DNA of 64,000 nt, from the NCBI GenBank assembly GCA_963779415.1, contig CAVZYA010000001.1, forward strand, positions 256,001-320,000, read 5' to 3'. The stretch comes from an uncultured Acidobacteriota bacterium. Its GTDB lineage: Bacteria > Acidobacteriota > Thermoanaerobaculia > UBA5066. Position numbers and translations under genes: made by a program. Numbering within the stretch: the first letter of the stretch is position 1; each line of letters opens with the position of its first letter. Shown here piece after piece: positions 21,367 to 31,269 of this stretch. The notes beneath the pieces are model-generated. The model ran no database searches and was not told the DNA's origin. It saw only the letters and a list, made by a program, of their open reading frames with translations.

Positions 21367-21506
21367 CATCTCGGTCTCGGGATTCAGCTGCCAGGTTCTC
21401 CGTGTGCCCTATGGCATCCGGTTTCCCGGGCTCTGGTTTGAAAACATGACAAAGCGTCTGGAAAATCAGGGGATTTAGCGCCGCCCTGTCACGCCTGACA
21501 TTTCGA

Positions 21507-21959
21507 CTACTGCAGCTTTTTCCCGATCGCCGCGAAGAAGTGTGTTTCGAATGATCCCGTCGAATAGCACTGCGAGAAATCGACCGGGACGTCGGGGCGC
21601 GCGATGAAGCTGTTCACCGTCACCTTTGTCCGTACGCCGGACTCGCGCCTCACGAAGACGTTGAAGAGGTATGCGGCCTGGCTCGTACCGGGACCGGGAG
21701 GCTGAGCGAAACAGTCCACCCAGTCCCGCGGTATCTTGATCCATTGCAGCGTCATGATTCCGGAATCCCTCGAGATCTTCTCGACGGGGAGGACGAGGTC
21801 GGCTGCCGTCTCCGTGACGGCTGTCCAGGTACGGTCGAAATCGGCCGCAAAGGTCCGGGAATTTTCGAAGTCGTGCCGGACGGCGCGATGCGTCGAGCAG
21901 GCCGGCACCGAGAGAGAGAGAGCGAGAAGCGCCAGGGCGGAGACAGTGGATTTCGCCAT
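21507..21959 (-). CDS. Putative lipoprotein
   Basis: MAKSTVSALALLALSLSVPAC lipobox-like signal; C-terminal CYSTGSFE. Confidence 0.7.
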   Translation of the reverse strand: MAKSTVSALALLALSLSVPACSTHRAVRHDFENSRTFAADFDRTWTAVTETAADLVLPVEKISRDSGIMTLQWIKIPRDWVDCFAQPPGPGTSQAAYLFNVFVRRESGVRTKVTVNSFIARPDVPVDFSQCYSTGSFETHFFAAIGKKLQ

Positions 21960-21988
21960 GAGAAATCTTCCCCTTCCATCGGTGCGTT

Positions 21989-23317
21989 TCATCCTTTGAG
22001 GCTCCACGAACGCAGGGTCCGGACCAGGCGCTCGAAGAAGGAAGACGGGTTTGGCTCCGTGCGCGCGTCACCCCTTCTCCCGAGGTCATACTGGAACTGC
22101 AGAGTCAGCGCGTTACCGCCCAGATGGTCGCCGCGAACGGCATTGAAGCCGTAACCGTAGAAGAGCGACACCTTCCAGTACTTCGAGAGAGACAAATAGG
22201 TGACGCCGGCCCCCACGCCGGTATTCCAACCACCCGGCTGTTCAACTCCCGGCGTCGTCGCGATCCTTCCCGTGCTTCCCGCTACCGTGAGAAGCCATCG
22301 CCGAACCGGCTCGAGCGGCACGGAATACGTGGCGCCCATGAGGACGAGCTGGCGCGCGCTCAGCTCTCCTGCAAAGTATCCCGGCAGGACGAGGGGAAAC
22401 TCCGAAGCGAGCGTGAAGACGCCACCCACGCGATAAGCGCTGAAGCGATCCGGATGGACGGAGCCGCCGGCGATCACGCCGAACGTCAACCGCTGTTTGG
22501 AGTCCGGCAGCGTGTAGACGAGCAGCCCGCGACCCCAGAACAGGTGCACCACGCGTTCCACGCTCCGATCACCATCGTATCCGTAACTTCCGGGCTCGAA
22601 GCGGAGCTGACCCTCGTACCAGGCCGAAAGCTCCATGGCGAATGCCGGGTCGAGCCGGGGCTCCTCTCCTCCAAAGCGGACCCCGGCCTGCAACGTGGCC
22701 ACGGGCTGATTCGGGGGGAGGACAAAGTCCGCCGGGTTGGTGCTGCGGCGAACAAAGGAGGCGTACGAGAAGACGCTGCGAAGTATTCCATTGAGGGGAA
22801 TCAGCGCCCCGGGATCGAAGAGGTGATAGAGACCCAGGGACGCGGCTCCGCCATTGCCGGTGAAGGACTGGTCGCGCAGCCATTCGCCGCGGCTGATCTC
22901 CTCGTAGTTGTAGCCGAGGAGCCCTCCGGAAAGGCCGATCGAGAGATCCGTGTTGGGCCCGAAGACTCCCCGGATCCCGAGCTCACCGTCCACGTAAAGA
23001 GGCGCCGCGGCGAGGCGAAACGCGAGGTTTGGTCGGAGAAACTCGGGACGGCTCAGGTAGTAATAGCCGTATGCGGCCAGGGGCGACAGGCCGCCCAACG
23101 GCTGGCCATAGCCCACCTCGATGAGGTCGCGGCGAACAGGGTCGATCTGTGCCCGGGCCGTCGAAGCGAGAAAGACGGCGGCGAGGACGCTGGCGACGTC
23201 GAACAGCAACCGTCTCGTCCTTCTCGCCGCGAACATGCGATCTGTGCGCTGCAAGAACTTCGCCAGCCGGGAAACTTCCTTCCTCGAGAAGGTCACCCGA
23301 CCGGCGGCTCTCGTCAT
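21989..23317 (-). CDS. Putative outer-membrane beta-barrel protein (start may be ATG at 23236)
   Basis: Signal-like VLAAVFLASTARAQ; Gly/aromatic amphipathic strands; near-terminal LQFQYDL. Confidence 0.7.
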   Translation of the reverse strand: MTRAAGRVTFSRKEVSRLAKFLQRTDRMFAARRTRRLLFDVASVLAAVFLASTARAQIDPVRRDLIEVGYGQPLGGLSPLAAYGYYYLSRPEFLRPNLAFRLAAAPLYVDGELGIRGVFGPNTDLSIGLSGGLLGYNYEEISRGEWLRDQSFTGNGGAASLGLYHLFDPGALIPLNGILRSVFSYASFVRRSTNPADFVLPPNQPVATLQAGVRFGGEEPRLDPAFAMELSAWYEGQLRFEPGSYGYDGDRSVERVVHLFWGRGLLVYTLPDSKQRLTFGVIAGGSVHPDRFSAYRVGGVFTLASEFPLVLPGYFAGELSARQLVLMGATYSVPLEPVRRWLLTVAGSTGRIATTPGVEQPGGWNTGVGAGVTYLSLSKYWKVSLFYGYGFNAVRGDHLGGNALTLQFQYDLGRRGDARTEPNPSSFFERLVRTLRSWSLKG

Positions 23318-23344
23318 GCGCCTTCAGAAAGGATGGATCGATCT

Positions 23345-23776
23345 TCAGTGCTTGTCGGGGTTCTTGTGGTGGTCTTTGTTCGAGTGGTTCTCCCCTTTCC
23401 ACTGGCGATAGTCGTCGCCTTCGATCAACTGCTGGTTCGACCAATGGCCCGGATGGTAGACGTAGACAGAGCCTTCATGCGTGTACTGAGCCTTCATCCA
23501 CCTGGCACCGTGTGCGTCGGGCCGGTCCCAACGACCGGGGACCCAGTCCCAGCCACTGCCGTGCCAATGCCAGAAGCCCCCGACCCACAGGTAATCCCTG
23601 CCTGGCCGGCTCGGCTTCTGCTCGCTCCGATACCTGGGCGGAGCCTGGTGTGCCACGTGAATTTCCAATCCGGGGAGCGGAACGTTGACCTGAACATTGA
23701 CCTGTGCCGCCGCCGGCAGCGACGTCAGGCCGACGAACGTCATCGTGGCGATGGACTTGAAGACACTCCTCAGCAT
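23345..23776 (-). CDS. YXWGXW-repeat secreted protein
   Basis: Signal peptide; YLWVGGFWHW, WDWVPGRW, YHPGHW repeats. Confidence 0.88.
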   Translation of the reverse strand: MLRSVFKSIATMTFVGLTSLPAAAQVNVQVNVPLPGLEIHVAHQAPPRYRSEQKPSRPGRDYLWVGGFWHWHGSGWDWVPGRWDRPDAHGARWMKAQYTHEGSVYVYHPGHWSNQQLIEGDDYRQWKGENHSNKDHHKNPDKH

Positions 23777-23800
23777 CGTCCTTACCTCCGCTCCTGGGGG

Positions 23801-23816
23801 AGCAAGCGGGATGCCA
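23801..23816 (-). promoter_or_regulatory. sigma54 promoter
   Basis: TGGCATCCCGCTTGCT immediately upstream of the GGAGG RBS of the YXWGXW gene. Confidence 0.85.
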
Positions 23817-23851
23817 TGACACCGTCTGCGGGAGAGGCCGCCTCGAGGGCG

Positions 23852-25141
23852 TCAACCGGGGTCGCCGCTCGCGGTCGTCGTCTCGACCGCCTCCGGCAGA
23901 CCTTTCTCGTCCTCCCGCCGGTCTTGCGAGATCTCGACGGCGATGGCGGCGGCCTGCTCCGCGCCCACACCCTCCGTTCGGCGTTCGTATTCTTCCTCAC
24001 CGCGGTCGTCGGCTTCACGCACGAGCGTATCCACGGGCTGCTCCTGCTCACCGGGCAGGTCGACTCGGAGTTCCTCGATGACCATCATCGCCGTGGCCGC
24101 GACGGGCAGGGCGAGGAGCGCGCCGAGGACCCCCATCAGCGTCCCGCCCGCCAGGAGCGCGAACATGACGATGGACGCGGGAAGGCGCAGCGCCCGGCCG
24201 TAGATCCGGGGGACGAGAACACGGCTCTCGAACTCCTCGTACGCGAGCATGAGGACGAGGACGACGACGACAACGACGGGCCCACGCGACAGGGAGGCGA
24301 GGACCGCCGGGCCCACCGAGAGAAGAGCGCCGATGTAGGGGAGCACGTCCGCGAGGCCGGCGAACACCGCGAGCGCCAGAGCGTTCTTCACGCCACACGC
24401 CGTCAGAAGGACGAACGTGAAGACGGACATCAGAAGGGACGTGAGCAGCTGTCCACGGATGTATGCGCCGACGATCGTCTCGAGGTTCATCATGATGCGA
24501 GAGAGCCGGATGTGGTGCGAACGGGGGACGACGGCGAAGAGCCCCCCTCGGAGCCGATCGCGGTCGATCATGATGTAGAGCGCGAGGAAGAGGGCGCTGC
24601 ACCCGTACGCGGCGATGGCAAAGACGCGCAGGGAGAAGGCGAACGCCGCCGGGCCCATGGTGATCGAAAGCGCGCCGACCTTGAGGCCGCGAAGCCAATC
24701 CGCGAGCGGGGCGCTCAGAGGAGAGGTGGCGAGAGTGTCTGCGAGTCGCGCTTGCAGCGCGGGCTCGCGCTCGAGAAGCGCCGCCACCTGGGAGACCAGC
24801 GGCGGGATCGTGAGGGCGAGGACGAGAAGCGCCAGGATGAAGAAGACCGTGAAGACGATCGCGATTCCAAGTCCGCGCCTCACGCCCTTCTCTTCGAGCC
24901 ATCGGACACTCGGGCTCAACGTGCCGGCGACGAGAAGAGCCACGACGAGGACGAGGAGGACGGGCCAGAGCCGGATCAGCAGCCATACGGATGCCATGAC
25001 GAGTACGAGCGCCACCACGGTCTTGAGCGATAGCTCGAAGCTCACGTGACGCTCCCGGTCGCCGCCGACAGCGGGAAGCATATGGAGAGCCGGCGGCGTG
25101 GCGCGAGGCACTTTCTGCTCCGATCCAGAGGCCTTGGTCAT
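23852..25141 (-). CDS. AI-2E family (PerM/UPF0118) transporter
   Basis: Multi-TM; GAYIRGQL, LADVLPYIGA, ESRVLVPRIYG, LGALLALPVAA. Confidence 0.9.
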   Translation of the reverse strand: MTKASGSEQKVPRATPPALHMLPAVGGDRERHVSFELSLKTVVALVLVMASVWLLIRLWPVLLVLVVALLVAGTLSPSVRWLEEKGVRRGLGIAIVFTVFFILALLVLALTIPPLVSQVAALLEREPALQARLADTLATSPLSAPLADWLRGLKVGALSITMGPAAFAFSLRVFAIAAYGCSALFLALYIMIDRDRLRGGLFAVVPRSHHIRLSRIMMNLETIVGAYIRGQLLTSLLMSVFTFVLLTACGVKNALALAVFAGLADVLPYIGALLSVGPAVLASLSRGPVVVVVVLVLMLAYEEFESRVLVPRIYGRALRLPASIVMFALLAGGTLMGVLGALLALPVAATAMMVIEELRVDLPGEQEQPVDTLVREADDRGEEEYERRTEGVGAEQAAAIAVEISQDRREDEKGLPEAVETTTASGDPG

Positions 25142-25168
25142 GCGCCCTCCCCAGCTCAGGAACACGAG

Positions 25169-25184
25169 CGCAAGATCGCTGCCA
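25169..25184 (-). promoter_or_regulatory. sigma54 promoter
   Basis: TGGCAGCGATCTTGCG upstream of the AI-2E gene. Confidence 0.8.
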
Positions 25185-25204
25185 AGAGGAGACGTGGAAA
25201 ACAG

Positions 25205-26719
25205 CTATCCGGGCGTCTGGTGGCGCCGGCTCCCCAGCACGATCTCCGTCATCCTGAAGAAGTGGTGTCCCTTCACCGCCATCGTCACGGTCTCGGCCAG
25301 CATCCGGGGCCTGGCGAGCAGCCCCTTCACGAGGAACTTCCAGTAGGCCCTGGAATAGAACGAGAACGTCTGCCGAACCAGCGAGAACAGGAAGGCCCTC
25401 ACCTCGGTGAAGGTGATCCTCCGCGCGGATGTCCGATGCGGTTTCACGGACTTCAGCAGATCGAGACAGCGCGCGAAGTAGCGGTCCGGGTCGTAGATCT
25501 CGGAGAGGACACGCTTGTAGCCGTCCAGCAGCTCCCTGACCTCCATCCGGGGGGCGAAGTTGAGCCTCAGGTCGTGCGTGTTGTTCCCGCCGCCCGACCC
25601 CTCCACGAGGCGTCCTTCCCGTCGGAGGCGCCGGTGGAGCTGCGTCCCCGGGAGCGCCGTCAGGAGGCTCACCATGGCTGACGGGATGCCGGACTCCTGA
25701 ATGAAGCGGATCTGGCGATCGAAGATATCGCAGGGATCGGTGTCGAAACCGAGGATGAAGCCCGCCGAGACCTCCATTCCCTTCCGCTGGATCGTCCGGA
25801 CGCTCTCCAGCATGTCCGACTTCAGATTCTGGCGCTTTCCCGTGGAGGCGAGCGTCTCGCGGTCCGGCGTCTCGATGCCGATGAAGACCATGTTGAAGCC
25901 GGCGGAGACCATCTGGTTCATCAACTCGCCGTCCTCGGCGAGGCCCAGCGTGGTCTCGGTGAAGAGGCCGAAGGGATAGCCTCTCTCCCGCTGCCACGAC
26001 GCCACCCGAGGCAGGAGGGACTTGACCTCCCTCACGTTGCCGATGAAGTTGTCGTCGACGACGAAGACCGACCCTCGCCACCCGGTGTCGTAAAGGAGCG
26101 TCAGCTCGTTCAACATCTGATCGGGGCATTTCGTGCGGGGCCGGCGTCCGAAGAGCTCGACGATGTCGCAGAACTCGCACGAATGAGGGCAGCCCCGGGA
26201 GTACTGCACGGCCATCGTCGAGTACCTTCTCCGCTTCACGAGGTCGAATCGGGGAGGGGGCGTAATGGCGATGTCGGGCCGGGCGGTGTCCCGGTAGACG
26301 TGGCCCGCCCGGCTCCGGGCGAAGTCGGCGAGGAAAGGCGGGAGCGTGACCTCCGCCTCGTTCAGGACGAAGTGGTCGACGCCCGGGATCCCCTCGTGTC
26401 CGCTCGACGGGTACGGTCCGCCCGCCACGACGGGCGTTCCCAGCTCGTTGCACAGCCGGACGACCCTCTCGTGAGACTCCCTCTGGACGATCATCGACGA
26501 GGTGAAGACGACGTCCGCGCCGGACACGGCCGACGGATGGAGCCGCTCCACGTTCATGTCCACGAGCGTCACCTCCCAGTCCGCGGGGAGGAGGGAAGCG
26601 ACGGTCAGGAGGCCGAGGGGCGGGATCGAGGCCTTCTTGCCGATGAACGGGAGCGCGTACGTCATGCTCCAGTACGTCGGCGGAATCTCGGGATAGACCA
26701 GCAGGGCCCGGAGGGACAT
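25205..26719 (-). CDS. B12-binding radical SAM protein with DUF4070-like C-terminus
   Basis: PPLGLLTVAS, VAGGPY, SRGCPHSCEFCDI, DDNFIGN, GFILGFDTD. Confidence 0.92.
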   Translation of the reverse strand: MSLRALLVYPEIPPTYWSMTYALPFIGKKASIPPLGLLTVASLLPADWEVTLVDMNVERLHPSAVSGADVVFTSSMIVQRESHERVVRLCNELGTPVVAGGPYPSSGHEGIPGVDHFVLNEAEVTLPPFLADFARSRAGHVYRDTARPDIAITPPPRFDLVKRRRYSTMAVQYSRGCPHSCEFCDIVELFGRRPRTKCPDQMLNELTLLYDTGWRGSVFVVDDNFIGNVREVKSLLPRVASWQRERGYPFGLFTETTLGLAEDGELMNQMVSAGFNMVFIGIETPDRETLASTGKRQNLKSDMLESVRTIQRKGMEVSAGFILGFDTDPCDIFDRQIRFIQESGIPSAMVSLLTALPGTQLHRRLRREGRLVEGSGGGNNTHDLRLNFAPRMEVRELLDGYKRVLSEIYDPDRYFARCLDLLKSVKPHRTSARRITFTEVRAFLFSLVRQTFSFYSRAYWKFLVKGLLARPRMLAETVTMAVKGHHFFRMTEIVLGSRRHQTPG

Positions 26720-26801
26720 GCGACTTTCCAGGAAGATTGCCGCCCGAACGGCGGCCCTCGCCCGAATGGCGGTCCTCGGGCCGGCGTCGGGACCGCGGAT
26801 T

Positions 26802-26951
26802 TCAGACGACTCTTCGACCCTGGAACAAGCGGATCAGCAGGATAACGATCGCGACGACGAGAAGGACGTGGATGAGGCCGCCCATCGTGTAGGCCGAGAG
26901 CATCCCGAGGGCCCACAGGACGAGAAGGATAACGAAGAGCGTCCAGAGCAT
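26802..26951 (-). CDS. lmo0937-family small membrane protein (copy 2)
   Basis: MLWTLFVILLVLWALGMLSAYTMGGLIHVLLVVAIVILLIRLFQGRRVV*. Confidence 0.9.
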   Translation of the reverse strand: MLWTLFVILLVLWALGMLSAYTMGGLIHVLLVVAIVILLIRLFQGRRVV

Positions 26952-27042
26952 GATGTCCCCCTTCCTCCGTCGTCGGTTCGGTCCCCGGTGAGCCGTATGG
27001 CGGCGGCGACGGAGACCCGCCGGGCCTGGCTGCCCACTCCAG

Positions 27043-27058
27043 AGCAAGCAGCCTGCCA
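27043..27058 (-). promoter_or_regulatory. sigma54 promoter
   Basis: TGGCAGGCTGCTTGCT upstream of lmo0937 copy 2. Confidence 0.85.
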
Positions 27059-27131
27059 AAGCTCCGAACCGGCCGCGGACGGCGCTCCCGGCGCCTTTAC
27101 CCCCGGCGCGCTGCCAGAGTCGCCGTTCGAC

Positions 27132-27166
27132 AGTAAGGGTTTCCCGTCACACTTGAAAGAAATGCT
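27132..27166. promoter_or_regulatory. Candidate bEBP enhancer
   Basis: CCGTCACACTTGAAAGAAATGCT matches the motif at 8984-9008 and 47118-47142. Confidence 0.65.
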
Positions 27167-27177
27167 ATCGGCAGGGC

Positions 27178-29721
27178 CTAAAGCAATGCGTGGCGCCGGT
27201 AGAACCACGTCTTGACGACCTGTACGACCAGGAGGTACGTCAGAGCCAGACCCGCGATCGCGGCCAGCAACGAGAAGGGCAGAGGAACGAACCGAAGCAG
27301 GGTCCCGAGCGGCGTGTAGGGCAAGACCCCGGCAATCGCCACGACGGCCAGCACGCTGATCAGGAGGGATCGGCTGGGACGGCTCTTGAGCGGGTTGCCG
27401 GCCGTCCGGATCACGAACACGACCAGCGTCTGCGTCGCAAGGGATTCCACGAACCATCCCGTGCGGAACAGCGACGCATTGGTGGAGGCGTGAAACGTCC
27501 AGAGCAGGATCCCGAACGTGAGGAAGTCGTAGATCGAGCTGATCGGCCCGATGATCGTCATGAAGCGGAGAATGAACCCGATCTGCCATCGCTTGGGCCG
27601 GCGCAGAAGGGCCGCATCGACGTTGTCGCCGGGAATGCTGATCTGGGAGCTGTCATAGAGGAAGTTGTTCAGGAGGATCTGGGTCGGCAGCATCGGCAGG
27701 AAGGGGAGGAAGAGCGAGGCCGCCGCCATGCTGAACATGTTGCCGAAGTTCGAGCTCGTCCCCATGATGATGTACTTCATGATGTTGGCGAAGCACCGGC
27801 GCCCCTCGACGACTCCGTCGTTCAGGACGCCGAGGTCTTTTTCCAGGAGGATGATCTTGGCCGCGTCTTTCGCCACCTCCACGCCATTCACCACCGATAT
27901 TCCGACATCTGCCGTGTGCAGGGACGGAGCGTCGTTGATGCCGTCACCCAGATACCCGACCACGTGTCCACGGGCCTTGAGAGCCAGGATGACCCGGTTC
28001 TTCTGCTCGGGAGAGACGCGGGCGAAGATGGCGCCGTGCTCGGCCTGGAAGGCCAGGGCGGCGTCGTCCATGGCGTCGACGTCGTTTCCGGCGACGATGC
28101 GGTCGACCGAAAGTCCGACGTCATGGGCGACCTTCCGGGTCACGTACTCGTTGTCGCCGGTCATGATCACCACCGAGACGCCGTTCTTCTTCAGCGCCTC
28201 GAGCACGGGGATGATTCCCTCTTTGGGCGGGTCCAGGAAGGCCGCGAAGCCGACCAGCGTCATGCCGCGCTCGGCCGCTATCGTGTAGGCATCCTGCTTG
28301 CCCACCTTCAGCACGGCGACCCCGAGAGTGCGGTAACCGTCGGCGCTCAGCTTCTGGAAGGTCGCCGCCGCCTGGGCTCGGCGTGCGGCATCGAACGGCT
28401 GGGGCGAGCCGTCGACGTTCACGGTCTGGCAGACGGAGAAGACGCTCTCGACTTCGCCCTTCGTGATGAGAAGGTGCTCATCGCCATGCTGCACCACCAC
28501 AGAGAGGCGCTTGCGGGTGAAGTCGAAGGGGATCTCGTCCACCTTCTCGTAGGCCCCGAGGGACGGTGGCTCGTGTTTGAGGATCGCGGCGTCCAGGGGG
28601 TTTTTGATGCCGGCCTCGAAGTGACTGTTCAGGTAGATGAGCTGGAGCACACCCTCGTCGTCCGCGCCCTGGACGTTGACGTGGCGGTCGAGAGCGATCT
28701 CGCCTTCCGTGAGTGTCCCCGTCTTGTCGCTGCAGAGAATTTCGATGCTGCCGAAGTCCTCGATCGCCGCCAGCTGCTTGACGAGAACTTTCTTCCCGGT
28801 CATCCGTCGCGCCCCCCGTGCCAGCGTGACCGTGATGATCATCGGCATCATCTCCGGCGTCATCCCGACGGCGAGAGCGACCGAGAAGAGGAACGACTCC
28901 AGGAACGGTCGATGAAGGACGATGTTGACCAAGAGCACGAAGAGGACGAGCAGCATCGTCACCCGCGTGATCATCAAACCGAAGTTGCGTATGCCGCGTC
29001 CGAACTCGGTCTCCGGCGGCCGCGCGGCCAGACGCTCGGCGATTGCGCCAAAGGCCGTATCTTTCCCCGTGCAGACGATGACCGCGCTGGCCATTCCGGT
29101 CTGAACGGCGGTGCCCATGAAGACGCTGTTCCTCGCATCGCCGATCGGGTGCTTTCCTGCCGGAAGATCGGAGGCGGACTTCTCGACCGGCAGCGACTCG
29201 CCGGTGAGCGCCGACTCCCGGACGTGCAGGTCCTTCGACTCCAGCAGGCGAGCGTCGGCCGGCACGAGGTCTCCGGCGTTCAGCCGGACGACGTCGCCGG
29301 GGACCAGCTCGGCGACCGGCAGCTCCAGCTCCCGTCCATCGCGCAGGACGGCGGCGGTCGTGGCGACCTGCTTCTGGATTGCCTCCACGGCATGGCGGGC
29401 CTGGAACTCCATGAAGAAGTTCAAAAGGACGCTGAGCAGGACCATCGCGATGATGATCAGTCCACCGACCCGGTCTTCCAGCGCGAGAGAAGCGGCGCTG
29501 GCCACCAGAAGAATGACGACGAGCGGATTAGTGAAGAAGCGGAAGAAGTTTATGAAGGGCGCGAAGCGGTGCTCCCGAATGAGGCTGTTGGGACCATGCA
29601 GACGAAGCCTTTTCTTCGCCTCGTCGGAAGTCAGGCCGGCGGCCGTGGCCTGCAGCGTTCCGAGCAACTCCCCCTGCGCCCGATCCCAGAACCCCACGAG
29701 CGGCGTCTCGCCTGGTTCCAT
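27178..29721 (-). CDS. mgtA: Magnesium-translocating P-type ATPase
   Basis: TGES, VGMTPEMMP, CSDKTGTLT, GDGINDAP, MGTSSNFGNMFS, LFRTGWFVESL (P3B signature). Confidence 0.95.
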   Translation of the reverse strand: MEPGETPLVGFWDRAQGELLGTLQATAAGLTSDEAKKRLRLHGPNSLIREHRFAPFINFFRFFTNPLVVILLVASAASLALEDRVGGLIIIAMVLLSVLLNFFMEFQARHAVEAIQKQVATTAAVLRDGRELELPVAELVPGDVVRLNAGDLVPADARLLESKDLHVRESALTGESLPVEKSASDLPAGKHPIGDARNSVFMGTAVQTGMASAVIVCTGKDTAFGAIAERLAARPPETEFGRGIRNFGLMITRVTMLLVLFVLLVNIVLHRPFLESFLFSVALAVGMTPEMMPMIITVTLARGARRMTGKKVLVKQLAAIEDFGSIEILCSDKTGTLTEGEIALDRHVNVQGADDEGVLQLIYLNSHFEAGIKNPLDAAILKHEPPSLGAYEKVDEIPFDFTRKRLSVVVQHGDEHLLITKGEVESVFSVCQTVNVDGSPQPFDAARRAQAAATFQKLSADGYRTLGVAVLKVGKQDAYTIAAERGMTLVGFAAFLDPPKEGIIPVLEALKKNGVSVVIMTGDNEYVTRKVAHDVGLSVDRIVAGNDVDAMDDAALAFQAEHGAIFARVSPEQKNRVILALKARGHVVGYLGDGINDAPSLHTADVGISVVNGVEVAKDAAKIILLEKDLGVLNDGVVEGRRCFANIMKYIIMGTSSNFGNMFSMAAASLFLPFLPMLPTQILLNNFLYDSSQISIPGDNVDAALLRRPKRWQIGFILRFMTIIGPISSIYDFLTFGILLWTFHASTNASLFRTGWFVESLATQTLVVFVIRTAGNPLKSRPSRSLLISVLAVVAIAGVLPYTPLGTLLRFVPLPFSLLAAIAGLALTYLLVVQVVKTWFYRRHALL

Positions 29722-29799
29722 GCGTTCTCCCGTTTGTCGACGAAAGGTCTCTCTTCCTATATGGAAGCCCTCCAGAGCGTCGTCAGGCGGCCCCGCCGA

Positions 29800-29892
29800 T
29801 CACTTTGAGGGCTTTCTCCTTCGCGTCGTGATCGTGATGTTGAACGCCCAGAGCTTCTCGAGCTTCAGCTCGACGCCCTTTTCGTGAACGCA
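29800..29892 (-). pseudogene. Fragment resembling a zinc-dependent alcohol dehydrogenase
   Basis: Start-less frame CVHEKGVELKLEKLWAFNITITTR...* resembles the GVHGKPVDLHLEKLW-NITITTR segment of Zn-ADHs as I recall it. Confidence 0.5.
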
Positions 29893-29895
29893 CGA

Positions 29896-30012
29896 CTATT
29901 TTCGGGACCGTCTATTGATCAGGACGACCAGCAAACCCACGACCAGCAAGCCGATCACCGGCCAAAGCCATATTCCTCCCCCCATTCCGAACCATCCGCC
30001 GCCGTGCATCAT
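29896..30012 (-). CDS. Small membrane protein (38 aa)
   Basis: MMHGGGWFGMGGGIWLWPVIGLLVVGLLVVLINRRSRK*; ATGA overlap with the YHS stop. Confidence 0.65.
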   Translation of the reverse strand: MMHGGGWFGMGGGIWLWPVIGLLVVGLLVVLINRRSRK

Positions 30013-30185
30013 GGCCGACTCTTTGGCCGGACGTCACCCTTGGCAGGCGGCGCGTATCGCCCGGGCTCCTTATCGAACTTCGTTTTGCACGCAGGGCAGC
30101 AGAACACGTAGGTTTGCCCTGCATGCGTGCTTTTGTTCGGGGACTTGTCGTCGATCGTCATGCCACAAACAGGATCCTTGGACAT
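30009..30185 (-). CDS. YHS-domain protein
   Basis: MSKDPVCGM...TYVFCCPACKTKFDKEPGRY; AGGAGG RBS. Confidence 0.9.
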   Translation of the reverse strand: MSKDPVCGMTIDDKSPNKSTHAGQTYVFCCPACKTKFDKEPGRYAPPAKGDVRPKSRP

Positions 30186-30290
30186 CTCAAACGCCTCCTT
30201 CAATGCTGCGATGGGTGGCTTCAGGCACCGCGTAAGAACGGGCGGGACGGCGGAGTGTCCATTGAGACACTCCGCCATCCCGCGGGTTCG

Positions 30291-30818
30291 TCACATCCCC
30301 GGCTTCTTCTCCTCTGGCTTGGCTTCGGGAGCATTCCCCGTCTTCATCATCGGGCACTCCATCTCGCCCTTCGTTCCGTGCATAGTCATGTGATGCATCA
30401 TGTGCGTCATCATCGCGGGCTGCATTTCCATCATCATGGAAAGGAAAGCCTTGCGCTGGACAACGAGCTCATTGATGACGGCCGCCATCGGCTTCTCCAG
30501 GGCATCGACCTCTTTGGAGCTCTTGGCGGCGTTCATCACCGCCACCAGCTTGTCGAGTTCGGTGTCCATGGCCTTGAGCTTGTCCTGCATCTCCTGGTGT
30601 TTGGCCATCATGGCCTGACACTCCGCTTTCATGTCGGCGGCTTTTTTCGCAGAGGCGGCGCTAGCCTTGTGGTGACCGGTCATCGGGGACGCGTGAGTGG
30701 TCGGGGTGGCTGGAGGGGGTGCAGGAGGTGGCGTCTGGGCGGCGACGGTCACGGCGAGTGCGAGTGCGGTCGCGGCCAAGATGCCGGGAACGATGTTCCT
30801 GAGAGGATGCATTTTCAT
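30291..30818 (-). CDS. Secreted Met/His-rich helical protein (putative metal-binding)
   Basis: Signal peptide; MMMEMQPAMMTHMMHHMTMH...CPMM; two Cys. Confidence 0.75.
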   Translation of the reverse strand: MKMHPLRNIVPGILAATALALAVTVAAQTPPPAPPPATPTTHASPMTGHHKASAASAKKAADMKAECQAMMAKHQEMQDKLKAMDTELDKLVAVMNAAKSSKEVDALEKPMAAVINELVVQRKAFLSMMMEMQPAMMTHMMHHMTMHGTKGEMECPMMKTGNAPEAKPEEKKPGM

Positions 30819-30893
30819 GTCGTGTCTCCTTCTGGCGGTCCTTGACCGCGTGTTCGGACGCCCTTGCGTTGTCTGGCGCAGGTGGAGGTGCGG

Positions 30894-31112
30894 CTACCCC
30901 TTCGGGCGCATGAAGAGGAGAACGCCGCCGATTACGATCGCTCCGACGCCGGCCCATATCGGGACGTTGACGGTCTCTTTGTCCTTGATCGAAAGCTCGA
31001 GCGGCCCGATCTTGGTCTCGTGGGTCGACTTCGTGTAGGTAAAGCCGCCGTAGGCGAGCGCCAGGACTCCGGCGACGATCAGGACGAGGGCGACGGCCTT
31101 GAGCGTGTTCAT
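30894..31112 (-). CDS. Small membrane protein (DUF3185-like)
   Basis: LIVAGVLALAYGGFTYTKSTHETKIGPLELSIKDKETVNVPIWAGV; GGAGG RBS. Confidence 0.85.
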   Translation of the reverse strand: MNTLKAVALVLIVAGVLALAYGGFTYTKSTHETKIGPLELSIKDKETVNVPIWAGVGAIVIGGVLLFMRPKG

Positions 31113-31160
31113 CCGGGTGCCTCCATCAGAAGAGTCTCGTGACAATCCCCCTTCCGACGG

Positions 31161-31176
31161 CGCAAGCCCTGTGCCA
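31161..31176 (-). promoter_or_regulatory. sigma54 promoter
   Basis: TGGCACAGGGCTTGCG. Confidence 0.85.
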
Positions 31177-31269
31177 GCGAGACGCCCGCGGCGCCCCGGC
31201 GTCGCGTGGTCCGACTCTCGGCCGGTACTCCTGGGAGGCGAGCGGGGACGGCGCGCCCGGCGGTCTCGC

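Noticed and set aside
26741-26776. 18-bp tandem duplication CGCCCGAAYGGCGGYCCT
   Set aside because: Only two copies in a GC-rich spacer; no function can be supported.
27190-29808. Long opposite-strand or alternate-frame ORFs (also 13850-17839, 12726-16082, 22124-25033, 2594-4936, 61070-63640)
   Set aside because: Shadow ORFs typical of high-GC DNA overlapping well-supported genes; no motifs.
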